A stretch of DNA of 64,000 nucleotides from an uncultured Candidatus Saccharibacteria bacterium (GCA_963518125.1 CAUQHW010000004.1:6790-70789), one strand, 5' to 3'. Shown: positions 1 through 9,919, numbered from the stretch's first letter. Made by a program: numbers and translations. The notes: generated by a model from the sequence alone, not told the origin.

Positions 1-118
1 GGAGGTCGGCCAACAATTTGCCGTGACGCGCGAACGAATTCGCCAGATTGAGGCGAAGGCTTTGGCAAAATTGCGGAAGCACAAAGATGCTAAAAAGTTG
101 TATGAGTATTTGAGCTAG
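1..118 (+). CDS. rpoD: RNA polymerase primary sigma factor, C-terminal fragment (region 4.2)
   Basis: Frame from nt 2 reads [26 protein letters not shown]..., the classic sigma70 region 4.2 HTH; stop TAG at 116-118. Confidence 0.92.
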   Translation, partial: EVGQQFAVTRERIRQIEAKALAKLRKHKDAKKLYEYLS

Positions 119-134
119 ATTGACGGGCGATAAT

Positions 135-166
135 AAAAAGGCCAGGCGGATATGTCTGGCCTTTTT
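135..166. terminator. Bidirectional intrinsic terminator
   Basis: AAAAAGGCCAGGC-ggatat-GTCTGGCCTTTTT between convergent genes. Confidence 0.85.
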
Positions 167-179
167 GATGCGTTGTGAT

Positions 180-767
180 TCAACACTGCTCAGGTGCCTT
201 ACAAAAATGCTCGTGGTGAGTGATGGCCTCCAGCTGCGCATATAGTTCGTCCAGTCCGCGGTCGTTCATCACGAAATAGTCAGCAATGGCGATTGGTCCG
301 CCTTTTTCTAGATTCTCAATTTCCGACCAATCGCGTTGGTCGACTTCGTGTGGCTGCATTGGCCGCTCGGGGCGTTTGGCCATGCGTTGATAGCGCAGGT
401 GTTTTGGTGTGACAACGGCGATGACGGACATCTGACCAGGGAATTCGTGCTTGAGGATTTTATATTCACTCCAGGTGTACAAACCGTCCAGGACGATGAG
501 TTTTTGACCAGCGTCAATCAAGTCATGTGCGGATTTGACGACGCGCTTGACGACGAAATCTTTGCCTTCGCGTCGGCGAATTTCCTCGCGGAATTTTTGT
601 TGATTGTCCCAGGTTGGCTCAATGCCAGCTTCTTCCATGGCTTTGTAGATAACGCCGCCGAAATAAATTTTTGGGAAGCCCTTCTTCGTCAAATACTCGA
701 CAGCTGAACTTTTGCCGCTACCAGCCAGACCGACCAGGGCGATGATTTTTGCGTGTGGTTGTATCAT
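180..767 (-). CDS. P-loop nucleotide kinase, UPF0200/dephospho-CoA kinase-like
   Basis: GLAGSGKS Walker A at N-terminus, LDG motif, R..R lid; start at ATG 767, 6 nt after TGcTATACT. Confidence 0.75.
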   Translation of the reverse strand: MIQPHAKIIALVGLAGSGKSSAVEYLTKKGFPKIYFGGVIYKAMEEAGIEPTWDNQQKFREEIRRREGKDFVVKRVVKSAHDLIDAGQKLIVLDGLYTWSEYKILKHEFPGQMSVIAVVTPKHLRYQRMAKRPERPMQPHEVDQRDWSEIENLEKGGPIAIADYFVMNDRGLDELYAQLEAITHHEHFCKAPEQC

Positions 768-801
768 GTTGTTAGTATAGCAAACCTGATATACTGAGTA
801 C

Positions 802-3336
802 ATGAAACGTTTGGCGGTCATCGACGGAAAATCAGTGTTTTACCGAGGGTATTATGCCATGCCGGGGCTGAGCACGGCGGACGGTACGCCGACGGGCGGG
901 GTGTATGGATTTGTGAGTTTGGCGATTGAGCTGATCAAGAAGCTGGAGCCGGATTATGTGGCGGTGGCGTGGGATAAGCGCGGCACCAATATCCGTAAGC
1001 GCCGGGAACTATATCCAGAGTACAAGGCGGGCCGCAAGCCAGCACCTGATGATTTTTATCAGCAAATTCCGATTTTGATGGAACTGCTGGACGCGTTCGG
1101 CTGGCCGTTGTATGAGCTGGATGATTACGAGGCGGACGACATCATGGGTGCGTTTGCTCGGCAAGCGGAGGCGCGCGGCGTGCAGACGTGTTTACTAACG
1201 TCGGATTTGGATGCGCTGCAATTGGTGTCGCCCCTCACTAAAGTATATGCCATGAAAAACGGCCTGAGGAATATCGAGGAATTTACGGCGGAATATTTTG
1301 AACAAAAATATGGTATTCGGACGGACCAGTTTTTGGATTTGAAGGCGCTGAAGGGCGATTCCAGCGACAATTTGCCAGGTGTACCGGGTGTTGGCGAAAA
1401 GACGGCGGTCAAATTATTGCAAGCATATGACACACTGGATGGAGTGTACGCGCATTTGGACGAGCAAAAAGGCGCTTTGCGGACAAAGCTAGCAAGTGGC
1501 CGCGAGTCGGCATATCTGACCAAGCAGGTGGCAGAAATCTGGACAGATGCACCGGTGGAGCTGGACTGGGAGGTGGCGGATGTTAACGACTGTGACTTTG
1601 CGCGGGTGGCGGAGATTTTGCGAAAATTGGAGTTTCATTCGCTGATTGGGCGATTGCCGCGAACGATGCAGGCAGTGGACGAGGTAGCAGAGACGGTGGA
1701 ACTGGAATTGCCGCGCGTCGAAGATTTACCGGCTGAGCCGCTGTTTGAGGCGGAAAATATTATCTATATTGACCCCTTAGAGCCGGATACGGTGTATATT
1801 AATTCCAAGCCTGGTGTGGCATGGCGCGCAAAGGTTAGTGAAATTGGCTGGTCGGTTTGGCAATTGTTGGCGCAGGGCGTGGTTATCGCGGCGGACGTCA
1901 AGGGGCTGTATCACGCGCTGGATGCTCACGATGTGACGGTGCGGTTTCATGAGGTCTGGGATGTTGGGCAGGCGGCTTTTTTGATCGATCCGCTGAGGCG
2001 CGACCGTAGTTTGATGGCGCTGGCGGGCGATTTTTCTGAGGATAATTCCGCGTCGCGGCAGCTGGCGCGACTACGCCAAATATACCGCCATCAACAGGAT
2101 TATATGGCGACGCATCAGCAGATTGCCCGAGTGCTTCGTGAGTTTGATTTTCCGGTGATTTGGCCGTTGTTTCAGATGGAAAAGCGCGGTATGAAGCTGG
2201 ACACGGCACTCCTTGAACAGATGGGCGAGGAGCTGAGGACGGAGGTGAGTCAGCTTGAACAACAAATGTATGCGATGGCTGGGCGCGAGTTCAATGCTGC
2301 TAGCCCAGCACAGCTGTCTGAGGTGTTATTTACCAAATTGCAACTGCCAACGACCGGTATCAAAAAGGGCAAAACGGGCTATTCGACGGGACAGAAAGAG
2401 CTGGATAAACTGCGTGGGCGACACCCAATCATCGAGCTGATTGAGCGGTACCGGGAGCTGACTAAATTGATCAGCACCTACATTGAAGCGCTGCCAAAGT
2501 TGGTGGCCGAGGACGGGCGGATTCACACTACGTTTAATCAAGACGTCACCAGCACTGGGCGGCTGAGCAGCACAAACCCCAACTTGCAGAATATTCCGGT
2601 ACGGACGGAATTGGGTCGGAAAATTCGCCAGGCGTTTGTGCCGAGCCAGGGTAAGGTATTTGTTGGCGCGGATTATTCACAATTTGAGCTGCGGCTGGCG
2701 GCAGTGTTGGCGGGTGATGAACAGTTAATTAACGATTTTAACAGCGATGTTGATATTCATACCAAGACGGCGGCCGAGACCTACGGCGTGCCGATGGAAC
2801 AGGTGACGAAAGCACAGCGGCGAGCGGCCAAGGTGATTAACTTTGGCGTGCTGTACGGCATGAGTCCGCACAGCTTGGCGGCAGCTACCGGCATGACCTT
2901 TACTGAGGCGAAGCGGTTTATTGAACACTATTTTGCGGTGCGCCAGCCAATCCGCCAATATCTGGATACAATTTTAGTTCAAGCGCGTGAACAAGGATTT
3001 GTCGAGACTTATTTTGGCCGGCGGCGGCCAACGCCCGACGTTAAGTCGAGCAATTTTATGGTGCGTTCAGCGGCCGAGCGGGCAGCGATGAACATGCCAA
3101 TCCAGGGCACGGAAGCGGATTTGATGAAACTGGCGATGATTCGGTTGGAGGACAAGTTGGCTGGACTGGCTGAACCGGTCCTGCAAGTTCACGACTCAAT
3201 TTTAGTGGAGTGCCGGGCAACAGACGCCGAGCGAGTCGGTGAAATGATGCGCGCGGAAATGGAAGGCATTTGTCCGGAACTGCCGATTGCGCTAAAAGTG
3301 GACGTCGGCGTGGGGTTGCACTGGGACGAGGTGTAG
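802..3336 (+). CDS. polA: DNA polymerase I
   Basis: 5'-3' exonuclease (EADD, GDSSDNLPGV) and Pol A motifs (DYSQFELR, KVINFGVLYG, QVHD). Confidence 0.98.
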   Translation: MKRLAVIDGKSVFYRGYYAMPGLSTADGTPTGGVYGFVSLAIELIKKLEPDYVAVAWDKRGTNIRKRRELYPEYKAGRKPAPDDFYQQIPILMELLDAFGWPLYELDDYEADDIMGAFARQAEARGVQTCLLTSDLDALQLVSPLTKVYAMKNGLRNIEEFTAEYFEQKYGIRTDQFLDLKALKGDSSDNLPGVPGVGEKTAVKLLQAYDTLDGVYAHLDEQKGALRTKLASGRESAYLTKQVAEIWTDAPVELDWEVADVNDCDFARVAEILRKLEFHSLIGRLPRTMQAVDEVAETVELELPRVEDLPAEPLFEAENIIYIDPLEPDTVYINSKPGVAWRAKVSEIGWSVWQLLAQGVVIAADVKGLYHALDAHDVTVRFHEVWDVGQAAFLIDPLRRDRSLMALAGDFSEDNSASRQLARLRQIYRHQQDYMATHQQIARVLREFDFPVIWPLFQMEKRGMKLDTALLEQMGEELRTEVSQLEQQMYAMAGREFNAASPAQLSEVLFTKLQLPTTGIKKGKTGYSTGQKELDKLRGRHPIIELIERYRELTKLISTYIEALPKLVAEDGRIHTTFNQDVTSTGRLSSTNPNLQNIPVRTELGRKIRQAFVPSQGKVFVGADYSQFELRLAAVLAGDEQLINDFNSDVDIHTKTAAETYGVPMEQVTKAQRRAAKVINFGVLYGMSPHSLAAATGMTFTEAKRFIEHYFAVRQPIRQYLDTILVQAREQGFVETYFGRRRPTPDVKSSNFMVRSAAERAAMNMPIQGTEADLMKLAMIRLEDKLAGLAEPVLQVHDSILVECRATDAERVGEMMRAEMEGICPELPIALKVDVGVGLHWDEV

Positions 3337-3382
3337 CCGGGGCGGTGAGTGCAAAACTGACAGAATATGGTATAATCAACCC

Positions 3383-4030
3383 ATGAGGCGTACGTATAAT
3401 TCTTTTAATTCCTTTTCCCGGTTTGTGCCGATTTTACTAGTCATTATCATCACCATCGTGACCATTGTTGCGATTATCAGCATCAGCCGGTCAATATTTG
3501 GTGGCAATGAGCAAAAACAGCAGCAGGAGACGACCGAGCAGAAAAAAAGCGACTTGCTACAAACCGACGAGAGCCGAGCGGTCAGGCTGACAGTGCGTGG
3601 CCCGATTGTCGCTAATGAGAAATTCCGTTCGTATCAAATAACTATTGCGCCGTCGTCGCGGGTGATGACGACGTATGAAGGCTATGTCGAGAAGCAGCTG
3701 AACACCAAGCAGCTGAATAATAACGCCAAGGCCTATGAAGAGTTGGTGTACGCACTGGACAAGCGCAAGATGATGGAGGGGCGACAGTTGAGCGATGAAC
3801 AAAATGACCTGCGCGGTATTTGTGCGACAGGCAAGGTGTATAAATTTGAATTGTTGATGAATGGAACATCGATCAAGGCGCTGTGGACGTCGGATTGTAG
3901 TGGTTCTAAAGGCTCGGCGGTTGCCAATGTCGAGGAAATTGTCGATATGTTTATCAAGCAAATCCCTGACGGTAGCAAAATGGCCACCTCTATCGGGCTG
4001 TACCAGCGGGATACGCTGTTCAAGTTTTAG
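3383..4030 (+). CDS. Membrane-anchored hypothetical protein
   Basis: 215-aa ORF with an N-terminal TM helix and a Cys pair; TGgTATAAT 6 nt upstream. Confidence 0.8.
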   Translation: MRRTYNSFNSFSRFVPILLVIIITIVTIVAIISISRSIFGGNEQKQQQETTEQKKSDLLQTDESRAVRLTVRGPIVANEKFRSYQITIAPSSRVMTTYEGYVEKQLNTKQLNNNAKAYEELVYALDKRKMMEGRQLSDEQNDLRGICATGKVYKFELLMNGTSIKALWTSDCSGSKGSAVANVEEIVDMFIKQIPDGSKMATSIGLYQRDTLFKF

Positions 4031-4039
4031 GAGCGTCTT

Positions 4040-5017
4040 ATGCCGGAACTTCCCGAAGTCGAGACGGTTCGCCGCGGATTGGCGGAGCTACTGCCAGGCC
4101 GAGTGGTGGCACGAACGGCGGTGTTTGATTCGCCAAAAAGCTTTCCGAATGCGCCGGCTGATGTTGAACAATTTTTATATGGTGCGCGGGTGACGGCGGT
4201 GCGGCGGCGGGCAAAGGTACTGATGATTGATTTGGATACGCGCTATTCGCTGGTGGTACACTTGAAAATGACGGGGCAGTTGGTGTTTCGCCAAAGCTCT
4301 CGTCATAGCGCTCGGGTATCCCCAAAAAAATCTCGGGGCCCACGTAAAGTTGCCCACAATTTTTCTGCGGATACCGCTCGCGAGATCGACGATTTTGCTG
4401 GCGGCCATCCAAACGACAGCTTAATCGGCGAGCTGCCGGATCGGTCGACGCGGGTACAGATTGATTTTGTGGACGGGTCGCGGCTGTTTTTTAATGATCA
4501 GCGCAAATTCGGCTGGATGAAATTATTACCGACTGATGAAGTGAAAAATTTGCCGTTCATGCAAAAAGTCGGCCCAGAACCGCTTGATCCCGATACGCGC
4601 GCCGAGGATTTCATCCAGCGGATTCGTCGCCGTCAAAACTCGATGATCAAGCCAGCTTTTCTTGACCAGGCAGTGATCGCCGGGGTTGGTAATATTTATG
4701 CTGACGAGGCGTTGTGGGCGGCACGTCTTCATCCGCAAACGCGGGTGAAAAATGTCAGTGATCAGCAGCTGAATACATTATTTACTGAGCTACGGCGCAT
4801 CTTGCAACTCAGTATTGATCAGGGCGGCTCGACGGATAAAAATTATGTTGATGCTGAGGGCCGGAAAGGCAATTATCTGACATTTGCTCGTGTATTTCGC
4901 CGCGAAGGTCAGGCCTGCCATCGCCACCCCGACCAAGAAGTTATCAAGCTAAAAGTCGGCGGCCGCGGTACGCATATTTGTCCGGTGTGCCAGAAGTCAC
5001 TGATATTTGACAAATAG
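4040..5017 (+). CDS. mutM: Formamidopyrimidine-DNA glycosylase (Fpg) with internal insertion
   Basis: N-terminal PELPEVE, HLKMTG, GVGNIYADE H2TH motif, C-terminal zinc finger. Confidence 0.96.
   Translation: MPELPEVETVRRGLAELLPGRVVARTAVFDSPKSFPNAPADVEQFLYGARVTAVRRRAKVLMIDLDTRYSLVVHLKMTGQLVFRQSSRHSARVSPKKSRGPRKVAHNFSADTAREIDDFAGGHPNDSLIGELPDRSTRVQIDFVDGSRLFFNDQRKFGWMKLLPTDEVKNLPFMQKVGPEPLDPDTRAEDFIQRIRRRQNSMIKPAFLDQAVIAGVGNIYADEALWAARLHPQTRVKNVSDQQLNTLFTELRRILQLSIDQGGSTDKNYVDAEGRKGNYLTFARVFRREGQACHRHPDQEVIKLKVGGRGTHICPVCQKSLIFDK
4298..4385. repeat. Imperfect palindromic element inside mutM
   Basis: GGTATCCcCAaAAAAAT (4315-4331) pairs with ATTTTTcTGcGGATACC (4359-4375); outer TCTCG/CGAGA. Confidence 0.65.
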
Positions 5018-5043
5018 TGGTTTATAGTGTAGAATACAATATT

Positions 5044-5921
5044 ATGACAAGAGGAGAGCATCCGCTACATGGTGAATTTGATCGGCCAAGTAGCAACTTA
5101 GATCAAAAGTGGGTAAACTACCTGATAGCACTAGGGGAAGAAGAGCAGTCCCCCGGGCTTAGAGAGGCTAATCTGAGGGTCAATAGCATGCTAGACAAGC
5201 ATGGAGTGGACACAATTTATCGGCCAGGATTGAGCGGAGAAGAGTTGCTTGAGCGAGGGAGGGGTGTTCTTAATAGTGGTCTACGACGCCTAGAAAGTGT
5301 GATTTTAGCATGTTGGATTTATCAGCTTATGAAGGCTATCGCAATGATGATCTAGGGCTGAAGAGGACAATTGCTCGACAAGTGATAATGTATCAAATTC
5401 TTGAGCGTGTTTTTATGGAGAGGTCTGCTATAGGTGTGTCGTTAGTTGAAATGGCTTCTCGTACAATAACAGGTGATACGATTGAACCGATGAAGAAAAT
5501 AGTCGTGATCACAGAGCGTCTGCTTGACCTTAAGGAGACGTCCCGCTCGCCTTGGTTTAAGTTTCTCAATGAAGCACTTGGTGGTGAGGGTGTTTCGTCA
5601 GGACAGGTAGAGAAGGAAATGAATGCTCAAGCTGCCGCCAACAAGACAAGGGATCAGGATGCTAAATTTCTCGAGCTTCTTGACGGTATATTTATGGAAA
5701 CCGGTGGCGGACTCTCCGATGAGCAGATGTTGTCTGTGGCAAGCAGTGTGACCAGCCTTGCGGTAATAGAAGAGAAGGGCGGGCAGCGTGACAAAGAGGG
5801 GTCATTCTACTCAAATTATATGGCGGAGTTGCAAAGAACTGGCTTGTCTAATGAGCAAATAACTACGTTGATAGCTGCATATAAAGAGATTATGCAAAAG
5901 CCGAATAACGCGGAAGAATAA
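5044..5921 (+). pseudogene. Orphan hypothetical gene split by a single-base frameshift (or assembly error)
   Basis: Overlapping ORFs 5044-5355 and 5310-5921; one extra A in GAAAG near 5293-5297 would join them (..LRRLE-KCDFSMLDL..); own promoter TTGACA 5007 / TAGAAT 5030. Confidence 0.55.
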
Positions 5922-5972
5922 GTCAGTATACCGAAAGGCATGGCTTAAGGGGGTATTTGGTATAATTAAGTC

Positions 5973-6878
5973 GTGATCTATCTCCTCTACGGCGACAACG
6001 AATTTAAGAAACGGGCGGCGCTTGCGGCGCTGGTTGGTGATATGGAGGTGGTGCGGCGCGACGGTGAAGAACTGACGGCCACCGAGGTCTGTGAGGTGGT
6101 GATGGGGCAGAGTTTGTTCATGCTAGAGCAGGCAGTGGTCATTACTGATGCGAGTCAGAATGTGGCGCTGTGGCGTGAGTTGCCGGAGCTGCTTGGTGAG
6201 ACGGCGACCACGGTTGTCCTTCTGGAGGCAAAGCTTGATAAGCGCACAAAAACGTATAAGTGGCTGAAAAGTCATGCCGAGGTAAGGGAATGCGCTCATT
6301 TTACTGAACGCCAAAAACCGCAGCTGAGTGCGTGGTGTGTTGAGCGGGCCAAGGTGTATGGGGCAGTGTTGACAGCGGCGCAGGCGACGGCACTGATCGA
6401 TCGGTTGGGGTTTGATCAATCACGGCTTGACCTGGTGTTGCAGCAGTTGGCCCTGGCTGGCGAACTGAATGATGAGTTAATTAATGCACTGGTGCCGCTA
6501 GCTCCGGCTGAAAGTGCGTTTGAGTTGTTTGCGGCAATGCTGGATGGCGACCGGGGGAAAGTGCGCGCGATCATTGCCTATCTCGAGGCGGAGAGCGGTG
6601 ATGATGGGGCGTACCAGACGCTGGGGCTACTGGTTTCACAATTGGTGCAGCTGAACGCGTTGGTGCTATCTGGTGGTGACACGGGGGCGGTGGCTCGTGA
6701 TTTTGCGGCCCATCCGTATGCACTGCGAAAGGTAGCGCCGTATGCAGCGCGGACGACACCAGCGCAGCTCGCGGTAATTAACTCTGCCTTGGCGCAGGCT
6801 GATGAACAGATGAAAACGACTCGTGTGTCGCCGTGGCTGTTGGTCGAGGCAGCGCTGGTTGATATTGCCAGACATTAA
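5973..6878 (+). CDS. holA: DNA polymerase III delta subunit
   Basis: IYLLYG start, LDKRTK motif, HPYALRK and D..MKT C-terminus; adjacent to rpsT. Confidence 0.88.
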   Translation: MIYLLYGDNEFKKRAALAALVGDMEVVRRDGEELTATEVCEVVMGQSLFMLEQAVVITDASQNVALWRELPELLGETATTVVLLEAKLDKRTKTYKWLKSHAEVRECAHFTERQKPQLSAWCVERAKVYGAVLTAAQATALIDRLGFDQSRLDLVLQQLALAGELNDELINALVPLAPAESAFELFAAMLDGDRGKVRAIIAYLEAESGDDGAYQTLGLLVSQLVQLNALVLSGGDTGAVARDFAAHPYALRKVAPYAARTTPAQLAVINSALAQADEQMKTTRVSPWLLVEAALVDIARH

Positions 6879-6886
6879 CATAATAA

Positions 6887-6917
6887 AATACTCCCGCCAA
6901 CCGACGGGAGTATTGTT
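6887..6917. terminator. Bidirectional intrinsic terminator
   Basis: AATACTCCCG-ccaaccga-CGGGAGTATT between convergent holA and rpsT. Confidence 0.8.
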
Positions 6918-6933
6918 GATGCAAACCGAACGG

Positions 6934-7302
6934 CTATTTAGCTTCTTTGGTAGCTGGCTTTTTTGCAGCCGGTTTTTTGGTAGCGGTTGATTTTGCGGTG
7001 GTTTTTGCTGTCGTCTTTGCTGGGACTTTGGCGGCGGGTTTTTTGGTCGCTTCAAGCTTCACGCCGGCCTTTTTAGTGATAGCTGAGAGGGCGCTCTTGC
7101 GCCGGGCAGCAGTATTTTTCTTCAGCAGGTTCTTCTTGACAGCGGTGTCAAGCTCACTATGGGCAGCGGCCAGCGTTGCGGCACTTGGCTCAGCCATGAA
7201 AACCTTGACGGCTGACTTGATGTCGCGCTTGATGTCGATATTGCGCTCGCGGCGCTTTAGGGTTTGTTTGGCCCGTTTGATGGCGGATTTGATGATTGGC
7301 AT
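6934..7302 (-). CDS. rpsT: 30S ribosomal protein S20 with Lys/Ala/Thr-rich tail
   Basis: PIIKSAIKR...KNTAARRKS signature. Confidence 0.95.
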   Translation of the reverse strand: MPIIKSAIKRAKQTLKRRERNIDIKRDIKSAVKVFMAEPSAATLAAAHSELDTAVKKNLLKKNTAARRKSALSAITKKAGVKLEATKKPAAKVPAKTTAKTTAKSTATKKPAAKKPATKEAK

Positions 7303-7472
7303 AGATTTCCTTTACCTCTATAAATTTGTTTCGCTAATCAAGGATGGATTATACAGAAAAACCCAATAAAAGTAAAGAGTGGTCCGTATTGACGATAATC
7401 TATTGACTTTCCTGAAATGCTTATGTATAATGTGACTCAACGGTATAAACAAAAATAAACAGGGACACAACA

Positions 7473-9242
7473 ATGGCGAGCCAGTCACAAAAGCAGCAGA
7501 TCATTCAGAGCATCAAAGATGTGACTAATATCTTGGTGACGGTAAGCGCTGATCCATCGGTGGACGAGCTATCGGCAGCGTTGGGGCTGACAATTTTCCT
7601 AAATAAACTGGGCAAGCACGCCACGGCTGTTTTTAGTGGCAAAGTCCCGCCGGCGATTTCGTTCCTCGAGCCTGACGAGACGTTTGAAACTACAGCGGAT
7701 AGCCTGCGTGATTTTATCATCGCGCTTGATAAGGAAAAAGCCGACCATCTGCGCTACAAGGTGGTTGATGATGCAGTGAAGATTTTTATCACGCCGTACC
7801 GGGCGACAATTACCGAGGCTGATTTAGAGTTTTCGCAGGGCGATTATAACATTGAACTGGTGCTCGCATTGAACGTTGAGAGTCAGGATCATCTCGACAA
7901 GGCGCTGACGGCTCATGGCAAGATTTTGCATGATGCAGTGGTATCGACGGTGACCGCCGGCATGGTGAGGAGTAACCTCGGGACGGTTGATTGGCATGAC
8001 GATAAGGCGTCGGGTGTCAGTGAGATGCTGGTTGACCTGATTGATGAGTTACGAACACCGAAAGTGACCATGGATGAGCAGATCGCAACGGCGCTACTAA
8101 CCGGTGTTGTGGCGGCGACGGAGCGGTTTAGTAACAATTTAACATCGTCGCGGGTGATGACGTTGGCGGCGGAGCTGATGGCGGTTGGCGCGAACCAGCA
8201 ACTGATTGCTACTAAGTTGGCCGAGGGGCAGGCGATTAAAGCCGAGGAACACTCAGAGCTAGAGCAATCAAAGCAAGCAGCCGATGCAGCTGATGATGAG
8301 ACGCACGATAATGACGGCCAGGATGGTGCTAATTTTAAGGTCGAGCGGGGAAAACGCTCAAAGCCAGCTGAGTCAAAAAGAGATGATGGCGCGTTGTCAA
8401 TCAGCCACGAGCGGCGGGGTAGCCTTGATGATGTGGCCAAGCAGACTCGGGCCGAAGAGCAGGATGCAGCGGCTCGTGTGGCCACGGCGCAGCTTGATCG
8501 CCTTCGAGCAGCGTCAGTGACGAGCGGACGGAGCAGTACGCCATCGACATCGCAACCAATCAGTGCGTCGGTGTCGGCTGAGCCAGAAACGGCCACGCCA
8601 CTACTGGGTGGAACGCTGAACGCAACGACGGAGCGGGCGGCTGAGGATAAGCGCCGCGATCTTGACACTGATCAAAACAAGACTATCTTGCATCACGGTA
8701 CCTATGTCGGTGCGTCGCGGCCGGCCCTCGGCGAATCGCCGTTGAATGCCGCCATGGGGAAGTCTGATGAACCGCCGAGCGTTGACCCGTTTGCGACCAC
8801 CAATAAAGACGAAGCGGTCATTGCCGCGCTAAAAGAGGAGACGCAGGCGCTGGCTGACAAGCAGACTCAATCTACCGCGCCGCCATCGCTGCCAGATTCT
8901 GAGCGCGACGCTCGCGCGGCAATTACCGAGGCGCTGGCTGCTGCACCGCCGCTTGAACCTGCAGCTTCGCCCGCTCCAGTAGTTTCATCTTCGCCGCTAC
9001 CGACAGTGTCATCTGCTTCGGCTACGCTCGCTGATATTGAGTCTAATGTGATGCATGGCCTGCCACCGCTGCCTGATTTCTCTGACTTCTCAGGATCAGG
9101 TTTGCCACCGCTACCACCAGCTCCGGTCGGTACTGCAGATGGTGGACTGCCAGCGTTGAGCGCACTGCCTTCAGCACCGTCCGCCCCGGCGCCGCCGCGC
9201 ACCTTTAATCCGTCCCAATTCCAGATCCCGGGGCAAAAATAA
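7473..9242 (+). CDS. Degenerate DHH-phosphoesterase-like protein with a long low-complexity, Pro-rich C-terminus
   Basis: N-terminal ILVTV..DPSVD..SAALGL and IATALLTG..AAT.RF resemble the NrnA/DHH fold; directly upstream of truB. Confidence 0.6.
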   Translation: MASQSQKQQIIQSIKDVTNILVTVSADPSVDELSAALGLTIFLNKLGKHATAVFSGKVPPAISFLEPDETFETTADSLRDFIIALDKEKADHLRYKVVDDAVKIFITPYRATITEADLEFSQGDYNIELVLALNVESQDHLDKALTAHGKILHDAVVSTVTAGMVRSNLGTVDWHDDKASGVSEMLVDLIDELRTPKVTMDEQIATALLTGVVAATERFSNNLTSSRVMTLAAELMAVGANQQLIATKLAEGQAIKAEEHSELEQSKQAADAADDETHDNDGQDGANFKVERGKRSKPAESKRDDGALSISHERRGSLDDVAKQTRAEEQDAAARVATAQLDRLRAASVTSGRSSTPSTSQPISASVSAEPETATPLLGGTLNATTERAAEDKRRDLDTDQNKTILHHGTYVGASRPALGESPLNAAMGKSDEPPSVDPFATTNKDEAVIAALKEETQALADKQTQSTAPPSLPDSERDARAAITEALAAAPPLEPAASPAPVVSSSPLPTVSSASATLADIESNVMHGLPPLPDFSDFSGSGLPPLPPAPVGTADGGLPALSALPSAPSAPAPPRTFNPSQFQIPGQK

Positions 9243-9245
9243 CCC

Positions 9246-9902
9246 ATGGATGAGGTGCTGCTCATTGATAAGCCAGCTGGCATGACAAGTTTCGGGGTAG
9301 TAGCGCGGTTGCGGCGAGTGCTCAGCCAGGCGGCGGGCAAGAAAGTGAAAGTTGGCCATACCGGCACACTTGATCCGTTCGCTACGGGACTGATGATTAT
9401 CGTGACGGGCAAGAAGTGCCGCGAGGCCGATACGTTTACGAAGCTTGATAAGTGGTATGAAGCAGAAATCATGCTTGGCGAGATATCGACGACCGGTGAT
9501 CCTGAGGGTGAACTAACTCGCGTGTCGACGCGGCAGCCATCTCGCAGTGAGATTGAAGTGGTACTCGGTACATTTGTGGGTGAAATTAAACAGCGCCCAC
9601 CGATATTTAGCGCCATCAAGATCAATGGCCGTCGGGCCTATCAGCTGGCGCGTCAGGGTCAGCCGGTCGATATGCCGGAACGCACCGTGTCGATTTATAC
9701 CTTGGAGCTTGTCGCCTATGAGTATCCTCGTCTGGTGATTCGAGCGCATGTTTCGAGCGGTACGTACATTCGGAGCCTAGCGGTTGATATTGGTCAGAAG
9801 CTAGGAACAGGAGCCTACTGCCGCCAGCTGCGCCGCCAGGCTATCGCTGAATATGACGTCGCTCAGGCAAAACCATTAGCGGATTTTGGGATTTTGTCTT
9901 GA
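9246..9902 (+). CDS. truB: tRNA pseudouridine(55) synthase
   Basis: KVGHTGTLDPFATG and SSGTYIRSLA motifs. Confidence 0.96.
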   Translation: MDEVLLIDKPAGMTSFGVVARLRRVLSQAAGKKVKVGHTGTLDPFATGLMIIVTGKKCREADTFTKLDKWYEAEIMLGEISTTGDPEGELTRVSTRQPSRSEIEVVLGTFVGEIKQRPPIFSAIKINGRRAYQLARQGQPVDMPERTVSIYTLELVAYEYPRLVIRAHVSSGTYIRSLAVDIGQKLGTGAYCRQLRRQAIAEYDVAQAKPLADFGILS

Positions 9903-9919
9903 AGTGCTATTATCAAAGC

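Noticed and set aside
4912..4995. MutM zinc finger with CxxH..CxxC
   Set aside because: CHCC variants are known in the Fpg/Nei family; minor
7913..9625. Long antisense ORFs (7913-8668, 8867-9625) and similar shadows elsewhere
   Set aside because: They lie opposite well-supported genes, have no motifs and are expected from codon bias
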